64,000 nucleotides of DNA from Acidimicrobiales bacterium. GTDB lineage: Bacteria; Actinomycetota; Acidimicrobiia; Acidimicrobiales; VFJN01. Location of the stretch: the NCBI GenBank assembly GCA_035697515.1, contig DASSCS010000085.1:5575-69574 (forward strand). The letters are read 5' to 3'. A model generated the notes under the pieces. The model was not told where the DNA came from. It made no database searches and saw only the letters and a program-made list of their open reading frames with translations. This document shows, in pieces, positions 19,498 to 27,409 of this stretch. The stretch's first letter is position 1. Each line of letters starts with the position of its first letter. The position numbers were made by a program, and so were the translations under genes.

Positions 19498-19707
19498 GTG
19501 GCCGGCGAGTTCGACGACATCCGAGAGCGCCTCGAGGCCATCGGAGAGGAGCTGGCCGACCTGGCCCTCCAGCGCCTGCGCGAGTCCATCGACGCCGGCG
19601 GCACCGAGCTGCCGGTCGACGAGCGCCGGCTCACCCGGGCCCGCCGTGCCGTCGAGAAGGCCGTCAACCTGCTGCGCGAGCCCGACGACCTCGACGTCGG
19701 TGCCTGA
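19498..19707 (+). CDS. small helical hypothetical protein (69 aa)
   Basis: GTG start, very high GC3, Glu/Arg/Leu-rich helical sequence. The opposite-strand ORF is a shadow. Confidence 0.55.
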   Translation: MAGEFDDIRERLEAIGEELADLALQRLRESIDAGGTELPVDERRLTRARRAVEKAVNLLREPDDLDVGA

Positions 19708-19714
19708 GCGGTCA

Positions 19715-19731
19715 GGTCGCCGGGGGCGACC
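19715..19731. terminator. short GC hairpin between convergent genes
   Basis: GGTCGCC-GGG-GGCGACC forms a 7-bp perfect stem with a 3-nt loop. It lies between the stops at 19707 (+) and 19742 (-). No U-tail. Confidence 0.35.
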
Positions 19732-19741
19732 GGCCACCGCG

Positions 19742-20248
19742 TCAGATGAGGATCAGGGCGACGCAGGCGGCGAGCGCGGCCACGGCGCCGACCTCGAGGT
19801 AGATGGCGTAGCGCAGCAGCTTGGCCTTGGCTGCGTTCTTCTGGCGAGCCGCGCGCAGCATGTTGACGTGCGCTCGCGCCACGCGTCGGGCGGCTTCGTC
19901 GCTCGGCTCCTGCCAGGCGTCGCGATCGGTGAACCTCGCGAGCTGCTTGGAGCTTATGTACGGGTAGCGCTGGGTCTGGTTCGACAGCAGCCCGAGGACG
20001 GACGCCGCCACGAACAGGCCCAGCGAGCACGCGAGCGCTGCCTTCTCGAGGGCGGAGAACTCGAACGAATCGTCTCCTGTGATGACGGCGACGAGGGCGA
20101 ACTGGAGCGTGACGAGCGCGCCGGAGGTCGAGATGACCGACAGGCCCCGTTGTTCGATCGAGCTCTTGCGTTGGGCCTGGCGCTCGAGGTTCGAGGAGAT
20201 CAGCTCGGCATAGACCTCCCCGGCGTGCGGATCACTCGATGGGCTCAT
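19742..20248 (-). CDS. 3-TM membrane protein of unknown function
   Basis: GGGAG lies 7 nt upstream of the ATG. Order: N-terminal amphipathic helix, TM1 (LSVISTSGALVTLQFALVAVI), TM2 (AALACSLGLFVAASVLGLL), a cytosolic helical segment (ARRVARAHVNMLRAARQKNAAKAKLL), then TM3 (AIYLEVGAVAALAACVALILI). Confidence 0.7.
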   Translation of the reverse strand: MSPSSDPHAGEVYAELISSNLERQAQRKSSIEQRGLSVISTSGALVTLQFALVAVITGDDSFEFSALEKAALACSLGLFVAASVLGLLSNQTQRYPYISSKQLARFTDRDAWQEPSDEAARRVARAHVNMLRAARQKNAAKAKLLRYAIYLEVGAVAALAACVALILI

Positions 20249-20286
20249 CGCCCGGCTCCCACCGAGGTGTCATCGGAACGGGAGAT

Positions 20287-20481
20287 CTACTCCTCCTCCT
20301 CGAGCTCCAGGTCGACCTCCTCCTCGGACTCGAGCTCCAGCTCGAGTTCGTCGTCGACCAGATCGACGTCGTCCGGCGCTGGGTCATCGCCGTCCTCGGT
20401 GCCGGGGGCGATGCCGTCGTCGCCAGGCTCGTCGTCCATCGTTGGCCCCCGATCCGCCATCCGACGCCGTTCGGTCACCAT
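20287..20481 (-). CDS. hyper-acidic small protein (50-64 aa depending on start)
   Basis: ...MDDEPGDDGIAPGTEDGDDPAPDDVDLVDDELELELESEEEVDLELEEEE-stop. High GC3. Possible starts at 20481, 20460 or 20439. Confidence 0.5.
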   Translation of the reverse strand: MVTERRRMADRGPTMDDEPGDDGIAPGTEDGDDPAPDDVDLVDDELELELESEEEVDLELEEEE

Positions 20482-20515
20482 CCGGTCATCACGGCCATGC
20501 GGATCGTAGTGCCGC

Positions 20516-21535
20516 TCAGTCGAGCGGGGGAGCGGAGCCGAGGCCGTTGAGGGCAGCGATCATCTCCCGGAAGCGACCCCCCTGGCGGGGATCGAACACG
20601 AGGACGAGCCGGGGCAGGTCGAGGGCGTCGTCGTCGGCCACCTCGGGCGGCAGCGGGTCGGTGCGCTCGATGGTCCCCTGCTTGCACAGGTCGCCGAACT
20701 CGGACACCAGGTCAGCCAGCTCCTCGTCCGTCGGCCAGGCACGCAGGCGCACGACCAGACGCTCACCCACCCAGCGGATGCCCTGGTAGTTGCGCCAGAA
20801 CCCCCGCACGGCCGCCACCGCCTCGTCGACGTCGTCGGTGATGGTGAACCAGTTGACGTCGCGGGGCGACACCAGGCCGGCGGCGATCAGCTCGTCGTGC
20901 ACGAACGCCTCCCACGCCTTCCAGTAGGTCTGGCCCGGCACGTCGAGCAGCACCAGCGGCGACGGCGTGGCCTTGCCGGTCTGCACCAGGGTGAGCAGCT
21001 CGAGGGTCTCGTCGAGGGTGCCGAAGCCCCCGGGCAGCGACACGAAGCCGCTCGACTCCTTCACGAGCATGAGCTTGCGGGTGAAGAAGTACTTCATGCT
21101 CACGACCCGGTCGGAGCCCGACAGGGGGCCGATCGTTGTCTCCTCGAACGGCAGTCGGATGGTCACGCCCAGGCTGCGGTCGGCACCGGCGCCCTCGGTG
21201 GCGGCCGCCATGATGCCCGGGCCGGCACCGGTGACGACCATCCAGCCGGCGTCGGCCAGCGTGCCGGCCAGGCTGCGGGCCTGGGCGTAGAGCGGGTGGT
21301 CGAGCGCCGTGCGGGCCGAGCCGAACACCGTGACCTTGCGCACGCTGTCGTAGGGCGCGAACAGCTTGTAGGCCGCCCGCATCTCCTTCAGGGCGTCGCG
21401 GGTGATCTTCAGGTCGAGGCGGTCGGCGTCGTCGGTGGTCAGCTCGTAGGCGGTGCGGTAGATGTCGGCCAGCACGTCGCGGTTGCGGGTGGCGCCGGCG
21501 TCGTCGAGGAGCTGTTGGATCAGATCTCTTTGCAT
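20516..21535 (-). CDS. LOG family (TIGR00730-type) protein with N- and C-terminal extensions, PpnN-like nucleotide 5'-monophosphate nucleosidase candidate
   Basis: The real gene is the last 339 codons of track ORF 20516..23299, starting MQRDLIQQLL. Motifs: VTGAGPGIMAAATEGA, RLPFEE, FFTRKLMLV, LPGGFGTLDETLELLTLVQTGK. Confidence 0.85.
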   Translation of the reverse strand: MQRDLIQQLLDDAGATRNRDVLADIYRTAYELTTDDADRLDLKITRDALKEMRAAYKLFAPYDSVRKVTVFGSARTALDHPLYAQARSLAGTLADAGWMVVTGAGPGIMAAATEGAGADRSLGVTIRLPFEETTIGPLSGSDRVVSMKYFFTRKLMLVKESSGFVSLPGGFGTLDETLELLTLVQTGKATPSPLVLLDVPGQTYWKAWEAFVHDELIAAGLVSPRDVNWFTITDDVDEAVAAVRGFWRNYQGIRWVGERLVVRLRAWPTDEELADLVSEFGDLCKQGTIERTDPLPPEVADDDALDLPRLVLVFDPRQGGRFREMIAALNGLGSAPPLD

Positions 21536-21600
21536 CGTGCGCCCAGCCTGCCACGGCACCGCCGACCGCACGCGCCGGCGGGCGCCATGCCGCGGGCGGT

Positions 21601-23958
21601 TCAACCGGGGCTGGCGACGGGCGTGACCGGGTCGTACAGCGTCGTGCGCTGCCGGAGGGTCCGGCCGAGCGGCTCGACCATGGCGGCGAAGTCGTCGGGC
21701 GTCATCGCCTGGCCGTGGCTGGCGCCCGCGGCCCGGGAGATGTTCTCGTCCATGAGCGTCCCGCCGAGGTCGTTGCACCCGGCCTGCAGCAGCTGGACGC
21801 CGGCCCGCTGGCCGAGCTTGACCCACGAGAACTGGATGTTGTCGATGAGGCCCCGGTACGTGATGCGGGCGATGGCGTGCATGAGCAGCACTTCGCGGAA
21901 CGTGGGGCCCCGCCGGGCCTTGCGCTGCAGGTAGAGCGGCGTCGCCATGTGCACGAACGGCAGGCCCACGAACTCGGTGAAGCCGCCGGTCTCCGCCTGC
22001 AGCGCCCGGGTGCGGAGCAGGTGCCGGGCCCACGACACCGGCGACTCGACGGCGCCGAACATGATGGTCACGTTCGAGCGCAGGCCGACTCCGTGGGCGA
22101 CCCGGTGGGCGTCGAGCCACTCGTCGGTGGTGATCTTGTCGGGGCACAGGATCTGGCGTACCGGGTCGTCCAGGATCTCGGCCGCCGTGCCGGGCAGCGA
22201 CCGCAGCCCGGCGTCCATGAGGCGGCGCAGGTACCGGTCGAGCGGCTCGCCCAGGCGCTTGGCGCCCTCGGTGACCTCGAGCGCCGTGAAGCCGTGGATG
22301 TGCATGCCGGGCACCGCGTCCCGCACCGCCCGGGCCACATCGACGTAGTAGTCGCCGTCGAAGTCGGGGTGGATGCCGCCCTGCAGGCACACCTCGGTCG
22401 CCCCGAGCTCCCACGCCTCGCGCGAGCGCTCGGCGATGTCGTCCAGCGTGAGCAGGTACGGCGTGCCCCGCAGGTTGAGCGACAGCGGCCCCTTGGAGAA
22501 CCCGCAGAACTTGCACTTGAACGTGCACACGTTGGTGTAGTTGATGTTGCGGTTGCGCACGTAGGTGACCGTGTCGCCCACGGTCTCGCGCCGCAGCCCG
22601 TCGGCCACCTCGGCGACCGCCACCACCTCGGGCCCCCGCGCCGCGAACAGGTCCACGATCTCGTCCTCGCCCACGGTCTGGCCCGCCCGCACCCCGTCGA
22701 GCACCTCGTGCACCCGGCCGCGGACCGCGCCCCGCGGGCCGGGGACCAGGACGGCCGGCTGGGCATCGGCCCCCGAGTACCAGGCGGTCGAGCGCACGCC
22801 CGTGAGGATGATCTCGGCGCCGGTGCCCGCCTTGGCGTTCTCGAGCGTGCGCTCGGGGAACACCGAGCCCGGGTCGTCGCGCCCCAGGCCCTCGGCGTCG
22901 GCGCGGTCGCCCACCGCGAACAGCAGGCCTGGGTCGAGCCAACGGTCCGGCCGGGCCACGTAGGACGGGTAGACCGTGAGCCGGGGGGCGAGGGCGAAGC
23001 CGCGGGCCTCGGTCACCGCCCGCAGGCGGTCGAGCGCCGGCCAGGGCCGCTCGGGGTTCACGTGGTCGGCGGTGATGGGCGACACCCCGCCCCAGTCGTC
23101 GATGCCGGCGTCGAGCAGCACGCCGAAGTCGTCGGCCAGGTTGGGCGGCGCCTGCACGTGCACCTCGGGCGGCAGCACCAGCCGGGCGAGTGCGATCGCC
23201 TCGAGGTGCTCGTCTGGCGGGCACGGCGGGGCCTGGTGCATGGACGTGCCGGGCTTGGGCAGGAAGTTCTGGACGATCACCTCCTGCACGTGGCCCCAAC
23301 GCCGGTGCGACTCGGCGATGGCCTCGAGCGCGGCGAGGCGGTCGGCCCGGTCCTCACCGATGCCGACCAGGATGCCCGTGGTGAACGCGATGCCCAGGCG
23401 TCCCGCGGCGTCGAGCGTGGCCAGCCGGCGCTCGGGCGTCTTGTCGGGCGAGCCCCGGTGGGCGGCCAGGTCGGCGCGCAGCGTCTCGACCATCATCCCC
23501 TGGCTGGGCGCCACCGGGCGGAGCATGGCCAGCTCGTCCCCGGACAGCGCGCCCGCGTTGGCGTGCGGCAGCAGCCCCGTCTTGTCGAGCACGAGCCGGC
23601 ACATCTCGGCCAGGTAGTGCAGCGTCGACTCGTGGCCGCGCGCGGCCAGCCATTCGGCCGCGGCGGGGTAGCGCAGCTCGGGCCGCTCGCCCAGCGTGAA
23701 CAGCGCCTCGTGGCAACCCGCCTCGGCGCCGGCCCGAGCGATGGCCAGAACCTGGTCGGGCACCAGGTAGGGCGAGTCGAGCCGGGCCGGCGGCTGCGCG
23801 AAGGTGCAGTAGCCGCAACGGTCGCGGCACAGCATCGTGAGCGGGATGAACACCTTGGGCGAGTACGTCACCCGGGTGCCGGTCGCCGCGTCACGCACCC
23901 GGCGCGCCTCGGCGGTCAGCGCGGTGAACGGGAGGTCGAGCAGGTGCGTGTGCCCCAT
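21601..23958 (-). CDS. fbiC: FO synthase, fused CofG/CofH (7,8-didemethyl-8-hydroxy-5-deazariboflavin synthase)
   Basis: 785 aa from MGHTHLLDLP. Two radical-SAM CxxxCxxC motifs are present: CRDRCGYC and CTFKCKFC. Confidence 0.9.
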   Translation of the reverse strand: MGHTHLLDLPFTALTAEARRVRDAATGTRVTYSPKVFIPLTMLCRDRCGYCTFAQPPARLDSPYLVPDQVLAIARAGAEAGCHEALFTLGERPELRYPAAAEWLAARGHESTLHYLAEMCRLVLDKTGLLPHANAGALSGDELAMLRPVAPSQGMMVETLRADLAAHRGSPDKTPERRLATLDAAGRLGIAFTTGILVGIGEDRADRLAALEAIAESHRRWGHVQEVIVQNFLPKPGTSMHQAPPCPPDEHLEAIALARLVLPPEVHVQAPPNLADDFGVLLDAGIDDWGGVSPITADHVNPERPWPALDRLRAVTEARGFALAPRLTVYPSYVARPDRWLDPGLLFAVGDRADAEGLGRDDPGSVFPERTLENAKAGTGAEIILTGVRSTAWYSGADAQPAVLVPGPRGAVRGRVHEVLDGVRAGQTVGEDEIVDLFAARGPEVVAVAEVADGLRRETVGDTVTYVRNRNINYTNVCTFKCKFCGFSKGPLSLNLRGTPYLLTLDDIAERSREAWELGATEVCLQGGIHPDFDGDYYVDVARAVRDAVPGMHIHGFTALEVTEGAKRLGEPLDRYLRRLMDAGLRSLPGTAAEILDDPVRQILCPDKITTDEWLDAHRVAHGVGLRSNVTIMFGAVESPVSWARHLLRTRALQAETGGFTEFVGLPFVHMATPLYLQRKARRGPTFREVLLMHAIARITYRGLIDNIQFSWVKLGQRAGVQLLQAGCNDLGGTLMDENISRAAGASHGQAMTPDDFAAMVEPLGRTLRQRTTLYDPVTPVASPG

Positions 23959-23969
23959 GAGGCTGGAGG

Positions 23970-25523
23970 CTATCGGCGGGGCGCGGGCACCTCGGCAACG
24001 GGCTCGAAGATCGCGCTCGGCGCCATGCGCCCGCGCAGCGCGACCGTGCCGACGTCGTGCCAACGCCCGCCCTCGCCCACCGAGGCGCGCCGCACCGTCT
24101 CGCCCGAGGCCAGCACCCTGACGGCGCGCCCCTTGGCCAGCTCGGTCAGGCGGGCCGCCTCGTTCACGGCGGGACCGATGACCGTGTACTCGTAGCGGGC
24201 TTCGGTGCCGACGTTGCCGGCCACCACGTTGCCCGACGACACGCCGATGCCGGCCGCGAGACCGGGGTGGCGGTCGGCCAGGTCGACGAGCGCCGTGTCG
24301 AGCGACCGAGCCGCCCGCAGCGCCCGCTCGGCGTGGTCGGGCTGCGTGCCCGGCGCGCCGAAGATGCACAGCGCGCCGTCGCCCTCGAACTTGTTCACCC
24401 AGCCTCCCTGGCCGTCGATCGCCCGCACCACGACGTCGAAGAAGTCGTTGAGGGTCTCGACCACCTCGTCGGGCGACAGCACCTCGGCCAGCGCGGTCGA
24501 GCCGACGATGTCGACGAACACGATGCTGGCGTCGGCCTGCTCGCCCCGCAGGCCCGTGCCGTGCTCGAGCGCCCGGGTGACCACCTGGTGGCCGACGTGG
24601 CGACCGAACAGGTCGTGGATCTGGCGACGCTCGCGCAGACCGTCGACCATCTGGTTGAACCCGGACTGCACCTCGCCCACCTCGCCACCGTCGTCGACCA
24701 CCAGGCCGACGTCGAGGTCGTCGTCGCGCACGCGGGCCAGCGCCCGGCGCACGCTGTCGAGCGGCTCGGCCACCGACCGGGCGACCGACATGGTGGCGAT
24801 GAACCCGGCGGCCAACCCCGCGAGAGCCAGCAGTGCCAGGGCGTAGGGCGGGATCTCGTTGCCGTCGAGGAACAGCACCAGCGCGGTGGCCAGCAACGGT
24901 ACGCCCGAGCCCACCGCCCACGTGAGCAGCAACCGCAGGCGGATGCCGGGCGTGCGCGGGCGATGGTTGGGCACGCCGTCGAGCACCTGGGCGAACAGCG
25001 GCCGGAACGACCGCTCGATCATGAGGTAGCCCAGCGCGCAGGTGGTGACCCCGCCGATGAGGGTGCCCTCGACCACCCGCGCCACGGTGATGAGGCCCGC
25101 CCCCGCCAGCGCGGTGATGACGCCGTACAGCGCCGCGCCCACCACCCAGAACACCAGGGGCCGCAGGGCCTGGCGCCACGGCTCGCGCAGGACCGCGAAG
25201 CGCTCGAGCAGGCTGGGCGGGCGACCCTCGAGGGCCCAGGCCACCGTGCGACCGAACGCCCGATGCCCCCATACGTACGCGGGCACGAGCAGCACGGTGA
25301 CCGGGGCCAGAGGCCCGACGATCTGCACCCAGAGCGGCAGGTCGGGCGCCAGCGCCTTGCCGGACGCGAGCTGCAGGAACGCCATGACCGCCGCCGCGCC
25401 GGCGACGTTGGCGAACAGCAGCCGCCGGCGCACGCTGCGGCGCACCCGGATGGTGACCGCGGCCAGCGACGCCCGCCGCCGATCGCCGCTGCAGCGGCGC
25501 AGGTCGTCGCCCCAGCGGCGCAT
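23970..25523 (-). CDS. membrane-bound class III adenylate/guanylate cyclase with HAMP domain
   Basis: Multiple N-terminal TM helices and a HAMP-like linker. Cyclase core: IVFVDIVGSTALAE, KFEGDGALCIFGAP, VVAGNVGTEARYEYTVIGPAVNEAARL. Confidence 0.85.
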   Translation of the reverse strand: MRRWGDDLRRCSGDRRRASLAAVTIRVRRSVRRRLLFANVAGAAAVMAFLQLASGKALAPDLPLWVQIVGPLAPVTVLLVPAYVWGHRAFGRTVAWALEGRPPSLLERFAVLREPWRQALRPLVFWVVGAALYGVITALAGAGLITVARVVEGTLIGGVTTCALGYLMIERSFRPLFAQVLDGVPNHRPRTPGIRLRLLLTWAVGSGVPLLATALVLFLDGNEIPPYALALLALAGLAAGFIATMSVARSVAEPLDSVRRALARVRDDDLDVGLVVDDGGEVGEVQSGFNQMVDGLRERRQIHDLFGRHVGHQVVTRALEHGTGLRGEQADASIVFVDIVGSTALAEVLSPDEVVETLNDFFDVVVRAIDGQGGWVNKFEGDGALCIFGAPGTQPDHAERALRAARSLDTALVDLADRHPGLAAGIGVSSGNVVAGNVGTEARYEYTVIGPAVNEAARLTELAKGRAVRVLASGETVRRASVGEGGRWHDVGTVALRGRMAPSAIFEPVAEVPAPRR

Positions 25524-25531
25524 GTGCCCGC

Positions 25532-26215
25532 CTAGGCGAGGTCCCCGGCCGCGGCCGGGTCGACGATCCACAGCACCCGGTCGGCCTGCACGTGCGAGGC
25601 GGGCACGTCGGGGTCGCCCGCCGCCACTCGGGCCAGCACGTCCCGCTTCTCGTCACCGGCCACGGTGACCAGTGCCAGGCGCGCCCGGGCGATGCCGGCG
25701 AGGGTGAGGGTCATGCGGGGGAAGGGGTTGCGGCCCGCCGGGTCCTCGTTCATGACCACGAGCCGCCCGGGATCGGCGGCAAGTGCGGGCGAGCCGGGGA
25801 ACAGCGAAGCCGTGTGGCCGTCGGGCCCCACGCCGAGGTGCACCACGTCGATGCGGCCCAGTTCGCCGAGGCGCAGCTGGTAGGGGTCGGGCCCCTCGTC
25901 GCAGCGCATCGGGTAGTTGGCGTTGACGGCCCCGACCCGTTCGAGCAGGGCCTCGCGAACGAGCCGGTAGTTCGAGTTCTTGTCGTCGAGCGGCACGCAG
26001 CGCTCGTCGCCCCAGTAGACGTCGACCTTCCACCAGTCGATCTGGCTGCCGCCGTCGTCGGCCAGCCGCTCGTAGCTGCGCCGGGCCAGGTCGCCGCCCG
26101 ACACGGCCAGGGAGAAGCTGTCGTGGGGGCGGCTGTGGAACGCCTCGATGACGCGCTCGGCGAACTCACCGGGGACGTCGTCGACCACCACAAGTTCGCC
26201 GTGCACCCGCCGCAC
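25532..26215 (-). CDS. pgl: 6-phosphogluconolactonase
   Basis: SLAVSGGDLA, WWKVDVYWGDERCVP and HLGVGPDGHTASLFPGS. Confidence 0.9.
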   Translation of the reverse strand: MRRVHGELVVVDDVPGEFAERVIEAFHSRPHDSFSLAVSGGDLARRSYERLADDGGSQIDWWKVDVYWGDERCVPLDDKNSNYRLVREALLERVGAVNANYPMRCDEGPDPYQLRLGELGRIDVVHLGVGPDGHTASLFPGSPALAADPGRLVVMNEDPAGRNPFPRMTLTLAGIARARLALVTVAGDEKRDVLARVAAGDPDVPASHVQADRVLWIVDPAAAGDLA

Positions 26216-26317
26216 GCTACCCGACGGCGCGGCGCGGCCTGTGCCGCTGTCCCGCCCGATCGGCGCGTGGCGCGGGTGGACCTGCTGTGAGCGGTGGCGA
26301 TCTGTCGGGATCGGCGC

Positions 26318-27409
26318 TCAGCGCAGGCTCTCGGACTTCGTGTCGAGCGCGGTGATCAGCTCGTCGAAGCTCTTGGCGAACGACGCCACGCCCTGCTCCT
26401 CGAGGACGCGACTGACGTCGTCGAGGTCGACGCCCACCTCGGCGATGGCGTCGAGCGCGCGCTGGGCCGCCGCCGGGTCGGCATCCGCGCTGCGGGCCAG
26501 GGTTCCGTGGTCCTCGAAGGCGTCGAGCGTGCCCTCGGGCATGGTGTTGACCGTGTCGGGCGCGATGAGGGTGTCGACGTACATCGTGTCGGGGTAGGCG
26601 GCGTTCTTCGTCGAGGTCGACGCCCACAGCGGGCGCTGCACGCGGGCGCCCCGGTCGACCAGCGCCTGCCAGCGCGGACCGGTGAAGGTCGCGGCGAACT
26701 GGGCATAGGCCAGCTGGGCCTGGGCCACCGCCGCCGTGCCCCGCAGGGCCAGGGCCGCGTGGGTACCGATGGCCTCGAGGCGCTGGTCGACCTCGGTGTC
26801 GACCCGGCTGACGAAGAACGAGGCCACGCTGGCGATGCCCGACAGGTCGCCCTGGGCGGCCTCGAGCCCCGAGACGTAGGCCTCGATCACCTCGGCGTAG
26901 CGGTCGAGGCCGAAGATCAGCGTGACGTTGATGCTGTGCTTCTCGCCGATGAGGGTGCGGATGGCCTCGACGCCCTCGGCCGTGGCCGGCACCTTGACGA
27001 ACAGGTTGGGCTCATCGATGAGCGCGTGGAGGGCACGGGCCGACGCCACGGTGCCGTCGGTGTCTCGGGCCAGATCGGGTGCCACCTCGAGCGACACGTA
27101 GCCGTCGACGCCGTCGCTCTCGTCGTGCACGGGCCGCAGGATGCGCAGGCTGTCCTCGATGTCGGAGGTGACGAGCGCCCAGTAGGCGGCGTCGATCGAG
27201 GTGCCACCCGCCACCAGCTGCCCGAATTGGGCGTCGTACTCGTCGGAGCCCGAGATGGCCTTCTGGAAGATCGTGGGGTTGGACGTGATGCCGCGCACCC
27301 CCCGCTCGACCCAGCGCGCCAGCTGGCCGCCCGTGATCCACCCGCGCCGCATGTTGTCGAGCCAGGGGCTCTGCCCCTGGGTGCGGTAGAGGTCGTGAAG
27401 CTTCGTCAC
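26318..27409 (-). CDS. tal: transaldolase
   Basis: GTG start overlaps the tkt stop (GTGA). Motifs: QSPWLDN, ITSNPTIFQKA, LFVKVPAT (Schiff-base Lys). Confidence 0.9.
   Translation of the reverse strand: MTKLHDLYRTQGQSPWLDNMRRGWITGGQLARWVERGVRGITSNPTIFQKAISGSDEYDAQFGQLVAGGTSIDAAYWALVTSDIEDSLRILRPVHDESDGVDGYVSLEVAPDLARDTDGTVASARALHALIDEPNLFVKVPATAEGVEAIRTLIGEKHSINVTLIFGLDRYAEVIEAYVSGLEAAQGDLSGIASVASFFVSRVDTEVDQRLEAIGTHAALALRGTAAVAQAQLAYAQFAATFTGPRWQALVDRGARVQRPLWASTSTKNAAYPDTMYVDTLIAPDTVNTMPEGTLDAFEDHGTLARSADADPAAAQRALDAIAEVGVDLDDVSRVLEEQGVASFAKSFDELITALDTKSESLR

Noticed and set aside
19742-20500. Genomic island or mobile element, suggested by a dip in GC content.
   Set aside because: My hand count gives only a modest dip (about 67% versus low 70s). 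I saw no flanking direct repeats, tRNA, integrase or transposase. I kept the gene trio as a functional hypothesis only.
20516-25656. Track ORFs of 927 aa (20516..23299-) and 1351 aa (21601..25656-) that look like giant proteins.
   Set aside because: Only their C-terminal parts are real (LOG protein from 21535; fbiC from 23958). The upstream portions are out-of-frame read-through of neighbouring genes (fbiC, cyclase), with Arg/Pro-rich nonsense sequence.
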